From Squalus acanthias (taxonomy: Eukaryota): a stretch of DNA of 64,000 nucleotides. The stretch spans positions 188,480,001 through 188,544,000 of the forward strand of contig CM059427.1 of assembly GCA_030390025.1 (NCBI GenBank), in the 5' to 3' direction. Position numbers and translations under genes: made by a program. Shown here piece after piece: positions 12,671 through 24,443 of this stretch; the first letter of the stretch is position 1, and every line of letters begins with the position of its first letter. A model generated the notes under the pieces. It worked only from the letters and a program-made list of their open reading frames with translations, did no database searches and was not told where the DNA came from.

Positions 12671-13171
12671 ATGATAAACTTTACATCAGATCACAGTTCA
12701 GGGAGGTAACAACAGAGACAGGATCAGTAGCTTTAGTAGGAGAGCATTGTTCTGTCAGAAGCAGAGTTGTCAGTTCAAGGAGGTAACTTTACGGTGAGGT
12801 CAGTCAACCACAGGGAGATCCTCTTCGAAATGTGGTCACACTGTGGCCATGAACTTCGAGCTCAATGGTGTGACCTTATTTTACATTCATACATTCATTG
12901 TAGGAAAAATCTTCCACAGTATCTTCTGTCAGTAACTGCAGTTAGTTTATCATTTTAATCGGGTCTGTTCCTTCCAATTACTGAAGCCTTTAATTGTTGA
13001 AATTATCTCATTAACACTGAGCCAGTGATGTGTGGGTCATGGTCTGTTCTGTTGCCCATTCTGTAAAATTACTCCTCTATTCCACTTCCTCTTTATCCAT
13101 CACTTCCAGTCCAGTGTTTATTATTGAAGTATAAGCTCTTTATTTAAAGCACATTTCTTGCCTCTTGTCAG

Positions 13172-13279
13172 ATATCGAACAGCGGGAATCCACACGAGGC
13201 GACAGGAAATCAAACAGATGATTCACAAGAAGCCGTCGCATTACAGACCCTGAACTCTGATACTGATCTGAGATCATAG
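13172..13279 (+). CDS. Candidate terminal cytoplasmic exon B (ISNSGNPHEATGNQTDDSQEAVALQTLNSDTDLRS*)
   Basis: Acceptor catttcttgcctcttgtcag|; 35 hydrophilic codons open in phase 0; no tyrosine. An AATAAA lies downstream at 13954. Confidence 0.5.
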   Translation: MSNSGNPHEATGNQTDDSQEAVALQTLNSDTDLRS

Positions 13280-13953
13280 AATGACTGATACAGCACAGAA
13301 GGAGGCCATTCAGCCCATCGTGCCTGTGCTCATCGGGATCTGTAGTCTCTGGAAACTAGATCAATCCAACTTGGGAAACTTCAGAAATAGATTTGTGGTT
13401 TTATTCTGGAGTTATTTTGTGGTAATTTTTTTATGTAACTAGTTTAGTTTATATCCCGACGTGTCCATTTCAATAGTTCCCAGTCTCAGTATCTGTTACT
13501 TTACTTTACAAGTCTTAACTTGCCAGGTCACTATAAGAAATTCTAATGGGTGGAAAATCGTGCTGATGTTCGGCTGAATTCCTGATCTCCACTCGTGACT
13601 GGTGAGGCTCCAGGCTGGGGACACAGTTTTATAACTGTAGGGACTGACGGAGACCCAGTGGTACAGCCGTGTGTGGAGCTTGAAGTGTTGGGACGTGGAT
13701 TTGTGACTTTGGGTCCCCAATGAGTGATCTCAGCTGGACTCTCTCTGCAGAGGAGCTGAATGGAGCTGAGCTGCTACAAATGAGAAGGAATGAAACTCGG
13801 CTCAGTAAATATGGGCGTCTCCCCTGCACCTCCCAGCACCTGTTCACACAACGAGATCGCGGAATCTCCGGAGAAGGTTGTCTCCATGCTCCCACCCAGG
13901 GAATTGTTTGCAGCAGAGCGCGACTAAAAGATTAACAGAAAAGAAACAGCATG

Positions 13954-13959
13954 AATAAA
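13954..13959 (+). terminator. Possible polyadenylation signal of the Siglec-like gene
   Basis: AATAAA about 680 nt after the stop of candidate exon B; position only. Confidence 0.25.
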
Positions 13960-14285
13960 AGTTGTGGAAAAGTAAATCTGCAAATTAAAGTGGGAATAAT
14001 TCCAGCTTTGGGAATGTTTTATTAATTTTACTTAACAATCAATTAAAAACCCTGATAATCAATTGTTTGCTGATTGTACTGATAGATTGTGATGAAGAGA
14101 TTGGTTCGGAATTGAATGGGAAAGTGTTTCCTTTTGTCATTGAATCTCTCCTGCCCTCCACCCTATCACAGACCTTCCCCTTTGTTCTTTCCTCCCCCTC
14201 TTTTCCCTGGCTCTCTACTTGCTTAAAAACTGTTAAATCTCTAACATCTGCCAGTTGTGTTGAAAGGTCATCGAGCTGAAACGTT

Positions 14286-15046
14286 GTCCCTGAAATTCCC
14301 CTCTCCGGCTTGCCGCGGGGGTAAGGATCGCGCGCGCACTTACCTACCGCGCCTGCCGTTGTGTTTTGGGCCCACGGGAACTACAGCTCCTGGGCCTGCT
14401 CCAAGTGCCGGCGCGCAGTGCTTGCGTGTCCCAGGGGCGCAGTTAGTGCGATGCGTCCCCTGGGATCACGTGGGCCATGGAGAGCCAATGGCAGCAGACC
14501 ATCTTTCATTCATAGATTTGACTGGGAGTCCTGTCAAATCTGTGAATTGAAATCAGCCCCAAAAGAACAGCTAAACTTAAAATAAATTTAAAAAAAAATC
14601 ACATTTATAAAATAACTATAGTTAAATAAATTAACCACTTCAAACAAAAATTTCAATTTTTGAAAAAATTAGAATACCTTTTAAAAGTGATTAAAATAAA
14701 CTTAACTTTCTTTAAAGTATCTAAAAAAGATAAACCTGTTGAATTTTTTTTAAATTATACTTAATTAACCACTTACCTTGTTGAAAATGGCTCATGCGCC
14801 TCCTTTTTATAAGCGTAGGTTCTTCACTACTAACCCTCCCGTAGAAACCGGAAAAAAAATCTGAGTTCGCTGCGTGCGCGCAGCCTCTACCGCACACGCG
14901 GTTCACCTAGGAACCGCCCCCTTCACCAGACCGGAAGTTCCGGTTTCCCGCACATGCGCAGTGCATGCAAGAGACCGGCACTTCGGGACGCATTACGGGT
15001 GAGTACGCACTGTGTACTCACCCGGGAAGGGCCGAATTTTTGGCCC
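14286..15046. mobile_element. Harbinger-type MITE (~750-bp family, copy 1)
   Basis: Termini gtccctgaaatt…aatttttggccc; 3-bp flanks gtt/att; body homologous to the copies at 38383, 44084 and 56622. Confidence 0.85.
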
Positions 15047-15100
15047 ATTAACTCTCTTTCTCTCTCCACAGATGCTGCCTGTCCTGCTGAGTGCTTTCCA

Positions 15101-16250
15101 TGTTAGAAATCAGGGGTGTTCAAAATGTAAATGGTTTTGCGGATAAAACTGTGACGCGAGTAATGCTGTATTTACATGATTGTATTGGAACTAGAGACAG
15201 AAAGTCTCTCAGACCAGTATTAGAATAATTAGATAGATGCGTAGAATCTGCCTGTGTTTTGGTTCCCTGCGGATCTTATAGCATTCTGCAGTGTGACGGT
15301 CATCAATAATCTTGTTTTCAAGTTAGGATTTCAACATTGTTTATGTTTCTCTAATTTGACCGACCAAGGCCCAATGTTATATTTCTTCCATTACTGCTAA
15401 TAACCATATTATAATGCTAAGGTAGGATTTTGACTTTGTTTAACAAAACTGCTTTAAAATGCGTAAGTTAACCAGTATATGAGAATAGAATAGAAGATAT
15501 CTTTGGGAATTTAATGATTCATTCCATGGTACAATAGTCTGATAATGAAATAGTTAGTTTTGCATAGCTAAAGCTGCATGAACAGCATGAACAGAAATAA
15601 CTGATAACAAGCAGTTACGAACATCTGATGGCCAAGAATGGCATGTCCGACTCCAAACTTGGGAGGATAGAGACAAGAGAGATAAGACACGAATTCCAAA
15701 GGAAGAACCTTCAGAAAGATTAAACAATAAGACAAATTGAATGAGGTAATGAGACCCCCTTTTGGGGAGGGCTTTCATCCAAGAACCAAGACAAAGAACT
15801 TGAGCTGTCATTGGTTGATGAGGTTTTAGAGGAACCTTTATAGGTTAAATGGTCTTGTCAATAACTTGGCCTCAGGCCCACCCCTAAAAAGAGAATAAAA
15901 GTGACACCCTGAGTGCTTGTCCACACAGACGGTGGAGGGGAGAGCCAGACAGAAGCTGGGCTGGTCGAACGCTCTTTTGAGAGTGATCCCATGCTCACCA
16001 ACTCAAAGGCCCTGGAGGGAGAGAGAGAGAGAGGCCAGAAGCCAGAGAACTGTTCACGCACGCCAGCCGTCTGTCCGATCGGGATCGGTACCAGCTACTT
16101 GTCACAGTCGTTTGATTTTGCTGTGTAACTAGAATGTTATATTCCATCTTAAACTCTGATTAAACACAATATACCCACCATATTTGTTTGCAGTCAATCC
16201 TGATTAATTGAAAGACTAGAGATAAGCTACTAATTGGCCTAATCTCTACA
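15101..16250. mobile_element. Solo LTR, 1150 bp
   Basis: TG…CA ends (tgttagaaat…aatctctaca); 4-bp TSD tcca on both sides; cleanly interrupts the Penelope tail. Confidence 0.85.
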
Positions 16251-16375
16251 TCCAGCATTTTCTGTTTTTATTCCTCTTTAGCCACATTGCAATAATGGGG
16301 AGATTACATTTCTCTTTCATTTTGACTCCATTCTTTTAACCATTTATGGGAATGCATCCAAGGTAATGGATCTGT

Positions 16376-16763
16376 GTACATGATAAACCCCTTCGAATCC
16401 AGCACAGCTCCAGCTCTGTACATGATAAACCCCTTCGAATCCAGCACAGCTCCAGTTCTGTACATGATAAACCCCTTCGAATCCAGCACAGCTCCAGTTC
16501 TGGACATGATAAACCCCTTCGAATCCAGCACAGCTCCAGTTCTGTACATGATAAACCCATTCAAATCCAGCGCAGCTCCAGTTCTGGACATGATAAACCC
16601 CTTCGAATCCAGCGCAGCTCCAGTTCTGGACATGATAAACCCCTTCGAATCCAGTACAGTTCCACGTTCTGGACATGATAAACCCCTTCGAATCCAGCAC
16701 AGCTCCAGTTCTGTCCATGAGAAACCCCTTCGAATCCAGCACAGCTCCAGTTCTGGACATGAC
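16376..16763. repeat. 42-bp minisatellite, ~9 copies
   Basis: Unit acatgataaaccccttcgaatccagcacagctccagttctg(t/g). Confidence 0.95.
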
Positions 16764-17389
16764 AAGACGGCTCAGCAAAAGCCTGAGATTGTTCTGTGTG
16801 AAACTTTCAGGCCTTTGATCTGCTCCTCACTTTCATAATAAACCTGGACTCACTTCCCCAGATTCTGGGTCACAAATAGTTTATCAAAATGTACAGAAGT
16901 ATTACAGTGAATGAAAATGAGGCCAAGAGAGATTCCCTCAACTGAAGTGAGGTGTGATCTGGTTGCTGAGTCGTCACCTCCTAATCCAAGTTCGGAGAGT
17001 CCCTTCTCATCCATTGTCTGCTCCAGACTGAGGAGAATCTGTGGGAGATGAGTGACTAAATATCAAACTGTGTGGGAGAGGGAGGTCATTGGGAGGGGGG
17101 ACGGCCCATCACCACCTCAGGTGCCAGTGCTGCCCTCATCCTGAGAATAAATATAAAAAGGATCCTTTTTCAGTGTGTATTTTCCAGAAGTTTCCACCAC
17201 AGCCTGCATTCTGCAGGGAAATAAAGTTTCTTCTCATCTTAACTCTGTCCTCAGGTTTTATATTTTTACCCAGCTCCTGTAGTTTTATATTCATAATTCA
17301 ACTTAAACTACCTGCTCACACCTAAATTGTCAGTCACTCTCATCATTTTAAAGATTTCGATCATGTCATGTGTCCCCCTTAATCTTCTT

Positions 17390-18160
17390 CATAGAATCAT
17401 AGAATGGTTACAGCACAGAAGGAGGCCATTCGGCCCGTCGAGCCCGTGCCGGCTCTCTGCAAGAGCACTTTAGCGAGTCCCACTCCGGGGCCCTTTCCCC
17501 GTAGCCCTGCAAATTGTTTTCATTCAGGTACTTATCCAATTCCCTTTTGAAAGCCACGATTGAGTCTGCCTCCACCAGCCTCTCAGGCAGTGCATTCCAG
17601 ATCCTAACCACTCGCTGAGTAAAAAAGTTTTTCCTCATATCGTCTTTGGTTCTTCTGCCAATCACCTTAAATCTGTGTCCTCTGGTTCTCAACCCTTCCG
17701 CCAATGGGAACAGTTTCTCTCCATCTACTCTGTCTGGACCCCTCATGATTTTGAACACCTCCATCAAATCTCCTCTCAACCTTCTCTGCTCGAAGGAGAA
17801 CAACCCCAGCTTCTCCACTCTATCCACGTAATTGAAGTCCCTCATCCCTGGAAACATTCTTGTAAATCTTTTCTGTACCGTCTCTAAGGGCTTCACATCC
17901 TTCCTAAAGTACGGTGCCCAGAATTGGACACATTACTCCAGTTGAGGCCGAACCAGTGTTTTATAAAGGTTCGTCATAACTTCCTTGCTTTTGTGCCCAG
18001 GATCCCATATGCTTTTTTAACTGCTTTCTCAACCTGCCCTGCCACCTTCAACAATTTGTGCACATACACTACCAGATTTCTCTTTTCATGCACCCCCTTT
18101 AGAATTGTACCCTTAAGATTATATTGCCTCTCCTCATTCTTCCTACCAAAATGTATCACT
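17390..18160 (-). mobile_element. CR1 LINE 3' fragment
   Basis: ORF 17408-17896 (VQKRFTRM…EQRRLRGD…TRGHRFK…FFTQRVV) and a CR1 3' tail. Confidence 0.92.
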
Positions 18161-18364
18161 TCAGTGAAAAGACCTCCATCTGTCACTCACTAGACTTTGA
18201 CATAACCAGAAGGGAACATTCACTGGGTTTAGGATCCTTCCTGTTTCTGTGCAGATGTTACCGTTTTTAACCAGCTTCCACTGTTTCATTTTTACACGTA
18301 CTATTTTAAAATAAAATCTACAAAAATCTGACTACATTGAAAATCATTCCTTAGAACTCTATTT

Positions 18365-21300
18365 GTGTAATTCCCATCTTTAGAAAGGATAGGGATACTG
18401 GAAGAGGAGAAGGGGTAGCCTTATTGATTAAAGACACTATTAAAACAGTAGTAAAAGAGGAAATAGCTAAGGAAAAGCAATCAACAGCTACTCTGTGGTT
18501 AGAATTGAGTAATAAGAGAGGACAAAACTGTAATGGGAGTTGTCTACAGGCCTCCTGATAGCAGCAATGAAGTGGCAGCATGTATTAATTTAGACTTTAC
18601 AGAGGCTTGTAGCAAAAGCAGAGTTGCTTTACGGAGAGACTTTAATTTTCATATTTTTATATTTGAAGAAAAAGGGTAGTCAAGGTCAATGTGGGCCTTG
18701 TAGAATTCGCAAAATTATCGCGATTTTATAAAATAAGAAGGAGACATAAAGTTTCGTACAAACAGCTTTTATTTCAGCAGAATGCTGTCAGGTTTCAAAA
18801 CGGACACAAACAGCCTGTAAAATGGCCGCCACGCCTCGTGGCAGAAAGTTCTAGACTTTCAGTGGGCAGACAAGATGGCGTTCCAATAAACATTTGTGCA
18901 AGATCGTACAGGACTCAGCACATTTGAGATAAATGACAAGACATGATGGGTTTGCATTTTAAACACTGGAATCGGTCTCCCAGGTGGAAACAAGGGCTAT
19001 TGTACTGAGCGATCAAGGACCCATCCAAAGACATTAATATGCAGAATCCCCACGGCTCTACGATGAGAGAGCCGTTTGCGGGTACTTACAGCAAGCATTT
19101 GGAAGCCCCAAAACCCCTCCAGGGAGACTACTAGCCGGTTCCACAATGGGAGAAATATTAACGGGTACTCAGACAGTTACAAGTATCACCGAAACCCATT
19201 AAAGACTGAGATCACCCCATACAAGAAGTTTGAGCGCCAAAAACCTGACAAAAGATAGACATTAAGATTGGGCGGGAAAAGAGGAATTACAGCACTATAA
19301 CTGTAAAGTACAACCGTCCATCTTTCTCTTGCTGCTTTGACTCGCTGGAAGGCTGCTGAACTTTTATTCTCTTGCCTGACGGCTCTGGACTCTGATCCGC
19401 TAGGATCAACCTCGTGGCTTGCCGCGAAGATCTGTGGAGAACTGGGCTGTGAGGCCTGGAAGCGGGCACACCATCCCGAGAAGTCGGTAAACGGTGTTGG
19501 AACCGAAGGCCCGAGAGGAGATGAGATGAGATGAGATGAGAAGAGAAGAAGACGACAATACGCATCGCCACGGTCAGTAAGCCCCGACCGCGCCTGTAAG
19601 TCGAATAAACACTTCTTTGAATTTTATCGGCTACTCCACAACTGGCCTAGGAAGACCCTTCTTCGAGTTCTACAGACAACTGGTGTAGGGCACAGGAAGA
19701 CTCTTTTTCGAGTGGTGTCCGAATTCCGAGGGCAACACAGATCTTCACGACAGCAGACGGTCCAGCCTGCTGGCCGGAGCAGAAACGAGTAAACAAGTGG
19801 GGTACAGAGACCCCTGATCAACACGTGGATAGTCAGGTGCTGCGGTAAAAACATCCAAGCAGAGTTTCGGAATTCTCCGAGTTATCACGAGTGGTGAGCA
19901 TGAGTCTCGATCCTACAAATCTAGATTAGGACAGGTATTGATAGGGGAGGGTTTAAGTTTTCAGGATAATTATAATGTGTGTCCCCTTTTACGATGTGTC
20001 ATGCGCTCCTCGTTTCCCTAAAATTAGTTTCATAACTGTGTGTAAGATTGTTCTGTGCTTATGACATGTATCTCGTAATCTTGAATAATATGCAATAAAG
20101 ATTTTCCATTTCGCACTATTCAATCGGGTCTACCTGAGTTTTCTCTGCATTATTGCTCTCGCACCTAAGTCCAGTGTCAGAACCGTAAGGGCGAGTGGGT
20201 CGAACCACTCACAGGTGTCTAGTGTTACCAGGCTGGCTGGAGACCAGAACAGGCAACAAGGCCTAACCCCGCACTAGCACCCAGGCTAAGCACAGATCCG
20301 CAGGTCACCCCTTACAGCCTTTAAAAACAGATGCAGGTAATATTGCAAATGAAATTAAGTAATGGCAGACTTATTGAATAATTACTTTGTGTCAGTCTTC
20401 ACAGTCGAGGAATAGGATAATATACCTAACATTCCAGGCAAACTAATAAAGGACTGGAACTTACTAAAGTTAACGTAAGAAAGAAAATAGTATTAGAACA
20501 AATAAATGGCACTAAAGCCAACTCCTGCTCCTATTTCTTATGTTCTCACATCCCCAGAACCTGATGTTTTCCACCCCAGGGTTTTAAAGGAAGTCGGTGA
20601 GGAAATTGCAGATACTTTAGCCATAATCTTCCGAAGCTCTCTCATTTCAAGAATTGTCCCTTTAGACTGGAAAATTTCAAATTTAACTCCATTATTTAAG
20701 AAAGATGAGAGAAACAAGGAAATTATGGACCTGCCTGTCTAACATCTGTTATGAAAAGTTATTGGAATCTATAATTAAGGACAGAGTGACTGAGCACATG
20801 GAGAGATTTGAGCTGATTAGAGAGAGCCAACATGGATTTGTAAAGCCTATGTCATGTCTAACAAACCTAATTGATTTTTTTGAGGAAGTAACTAATGTAG
20901 TAGCCAGGGCAATGTCAATGGATGTAGTTTATATGGACTTCCAGAAGCCATTGGATAAGGCTCCACATAAGAGACTGTTAGCTAAATTTAAAGCTCCTGG
21001 AATTGAAGGCAAATTAATGACCTGGTTAGGAGATTGGTTCGGCAGTAGAAGACAGAGAGTAGGGATAATGGGCATGTACTCGAATTGGAGCAAAGTGAAT
21101 AGTCTTATCCGACAAGGATCTCTGCTGAGACCTCAACTTTTAATTATATTTATTAATGACATGGATAACACAAGAGAGAGCCATGTATCCAAGTTGGCCA
21201 AAGATTGCTGGCATAGTAAGTCATGTAGGCGGGAGCATAAAATTACAAAGAGACATTTGTAAATTAAGTGAGTGAGCAAAACTGTTCAATGGAAGCAAGT

Positions 21301-21500
21301 GTCAGGTCATCCATTTTGGAACAAGAAAGGATCGATCCGAGTACTTTTTTAAATGGTGAAAAGTTAGGAACAGTGGACGTCCAAAGAGATTTAGGGGTCC
21401 ATGCACACAGATCATTAAAATGTAGTGGTCAGGTACAAAAAATAATCAACAAGGCTAATGGAGGGGCTGAATGGCCTACTCCTGTTCCTATGTTCCTATC
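18365..21500 (+). mobile_element. Decayed CR1 LINE (EN/RT remnants), interrupted by a solo LTR
   Basis: RKDR…GGVA, HPRVLKE, SQHGF…SCLTNL…YMDFQK and QGS motifs, with frameshifts. Confidence 0.85.
18699..20316 (+). mobile_element. Solo LTR, 1618 bp, related to the LTR at 59233
   Basis: tgtagaattcgcaaaat…ccccttaca; 4-bp TSD gcct (18695-18698 and 20317-20320); AATAAA near 20095; both termini resemble 59233-61019. Confidence 0.9.
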
Positions 21501-21699
21501 CTGTGTGATTCTGAAATGCAGACAGTCTAATTCTGCTAATTATGGAGTTTGGACAGATTGCAGAAGGATGCACCAGGGCTTGATCCTAAACAGGAGGAAT
21601 AAGGCAGAAACCTTCTAATACTAACCGATCGTGTGACCTTCCCAGGCAAGAAAAACAGCCCAGGTTGAAGTCTGCATTACCCTCCCTTTGGGAAAGAAC

Positions 21700-22155
21700 T
21701 TTTATTTATATAGAGCCTCGCACTCCTCAGGATGGCCCAAAGCACGTTACAGCCAGTGGTTTATTTTTGAAGTATGGTCACTTGTTGCTTTTTGTGGGCA
21801 CATGTGGCAGCTGATTTTTCCACAGCGAGATCCCACAAACAACAATCAGATAAATAACCAGTTTACCTGTTTTTGGTGGTGTTGGTTGAGAGATGCATAT
21901 TGGCCAGGTCACTGGGAGAACTCCTCTGCTCTGTTCCAAATCATGCCATGGGAACTTTTACATCCACCAAAGCAGGCAGGCAGGACCTCAGTTTAACATC
22001 TCATCTGAAAGATGACAACTCCAACAATGCTGTACTCCTTCAGTAGTGTACTGAGGTATCAGCTTAGATGATGTGCTGAAGCATTGGAGGGAGTCTTGAA
22101 ACTACGACCAACCAACTCACAGGTGAGAGTGCTACCACTGAGCCCAGGCTGTCAC
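21700..22155 (-). mobile_element. Deu-domain SINE (SacSINE1/AmnSINE-like), diverged
   Basis: Reverse complement matches the 32211-32530 copy and carries a tRNA-like head (…gtgctaccactgagc). Confidence 0.7.
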
Positions 22156-24443
22156 TTAACAGTCGTTACATGAAATATTGTAGCCCAGATATCTGAGTTT
22201 TATTTGGTAAGTTTTAATTATAATTCAGCATACACAAATGAATAGTCACTAACTCAATTTATGAACATAGGAACAGGAGTAGGTCATTCAGCCCATCGAG
22301 CCTGTTCCAACACCATTCAATTCGATCATAACTGATCTGTACATCAACTCCATTTCCCCACCTTTGCTCCATATCCCTTGATACCTACCCAACAAAGATC
22401 TTCCATCCTCAGTCTGGAAAATTTCAATTGACCTCGCAACCACAGAGTTTGGCAGAGTGTGTTCCATATTTCCACTACCCTTTGTGTAAAAAAGTGTTTG
22501 CTTCAGTCGAGGAAGTGATCCGTCCAGATTTCAGAGAAAAGCCAGTAGATATGTGGTTGAGAACTCAGCATTGCCATAAATAGAAGACCATATAAGTTAT
22601 TTTCAAAGATTGCAAAAGTCTTGGTGCCTTCTGTTACATCAGGATTGAAGTACAATGGAAGATGCACGAGAAAGTGGATTTTTTTAAAGATGATTTATTT
22701 TCCCCAATTTCCCAACTTGTGATCCCGTCGTCATGAAATGACTGACCTCCCCCTCCCCCACACCCACACCGCACCCCGAAATTCCTGGGGACTGTTTGCT
22801 ATTTTATTCTAAATTAATCCAAATAACAGGAAATATTTTATGTAGATGAGATGAATTTTGTACTTTTCATTTTCTTTTCATTTTAACATGAAATAATAAT
22901 AGGAACAACAATTCTAAAGCCTGACAATAAGAGATATGACAGGGAATTAGGTTAAACTAGTATTTTCGGTCCCTGTCCCACACCAGCCATTCTGGACCAC
23001 AGCCTGGTTACCATGAAGGTGAGAGCTGGGCTCAGGATTCCCTCAGACCCATTCCACTGCCTGTTGGTCCTTCTTCCCCTTTGTTTTACTTTCTCAATCC
23101 CTCCTCTCTCTAGAAATGTATCTGGTCTTCCCTGGTATATAATTCCAGGACTAATATCCTTACAGTGAAAGCATTCTCCCCGCCCTCCCTTCCTATTCAA
23201 ATTTAATTGGTGCCACCTGGTATGTGCTCCCCTCATCATACGGAGCAACTTGTACGGATCAATTGTGTCGGCTCTCGTTAGCATCTTGGAAATTTCTGGC
23301 CGACAACCTCCAGGTGTGACTCCCTTAACCTTTCCTGATAAATTACACTCCTGATCTCCAGAATCATCTTTCTGGACCATCTCTGTAATCCTCCAAAGGA
23401 TGTAATATCCTTCCTGTGATTGTCCAAAGCTGTACAGTGTAGTGCCGAGAGGGTTCTACTCAGTTCATATAAATTTGTGCCTAAAGGTTTAAGTCCTTCT
23501 GAATCTGGTTATATTGTTCCTGATTTGCCCTCTATCATCATCTGTTACCTGGCTCTTTTGCCGGTATCCCGCTCCCCATGGTCCAGTAGGGCCCCGGTGC
23601 ACGATGTGCTAGGCCCCTCCCCTTTAATCAGGGGAGGGAGGCCATCAGTACCACGGCGCTACGTGCCAACGCGCGTGGCTCTGCTGCACCGTAGCACCGC
23701 GATATTCAATGGGAGCGGCCCAAGAGGGATGGGGTGCACTTGCAGTAGCCCCCGCCTCCTGCTTGGGGCGCTACCATTCTATTTTGGGCGCGGGGGCGCT
23801 AACTTTTTTGTGTCGCTTGAAGTAGCGCCCCGGCGAAGTTATTGCCCCAAAGGGGGCACGAGCCAATTTTCCCCCTTTTTCTTCATGGTAGAAGACACAA
23901 AAAAACTTCTGGAAATAGAGGGGAACCAAGGGTCCAGTCAGAATGAGGAACCTTAAAGATGTTAGTATTAGTAAAGAAATAGTACAGGAGAAATTAATGA
24001 GACTAAAAGTCGACAAATCCCCTGGACCTGACGGCCTACAGCCTAGGGTTTTAAAATAGGTGGCTACAGAGATAGTGGATGCATTGGTTTTGATCTTCCA
24101 GTATTTCCTAGATTTTAGAATGGCCCCCACGGATTGAAAGATAGCACACGTAACCCCAAGAAAGGAGGGAGAGAGAAAAAGCAAGCTCAAAGAGATTTGG
24201 ATGATTTTCATACTTGTTAAATGTTTCAATAGTCTACATGGAGTGGTCTGGCTGGTGCTGAATTACTTTTTGGTGACTTAAAGGCTTGTGCACAAACCAG
24301 TTGCTTCCAGACATGGGTGACCTAGTAAGACTTCCTCTTGGCATTGAGCATGACTGGGAGAGTGAGCAGAGGTCACACCGAGCATGACAAGCTGCTAGAA
24401 GAGGGAGGAGGAGAGGGAGAAGTGTTCTCAGCAGGAGGCCATA

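Larger units (their letters stand above)
14125..16275 (+). mobile_element. Penelope-like element 3' end, split by a MITE and a solo LTR
   Basis: The pieces …gaaaggtcatcgagctgaaacgtt | aactctctttctctctccacagatgctgcctg…gtgctttcca | gcattttctgtttttatt reassemble to the same tail seen at 44990-45205. Confidence 0.75.
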
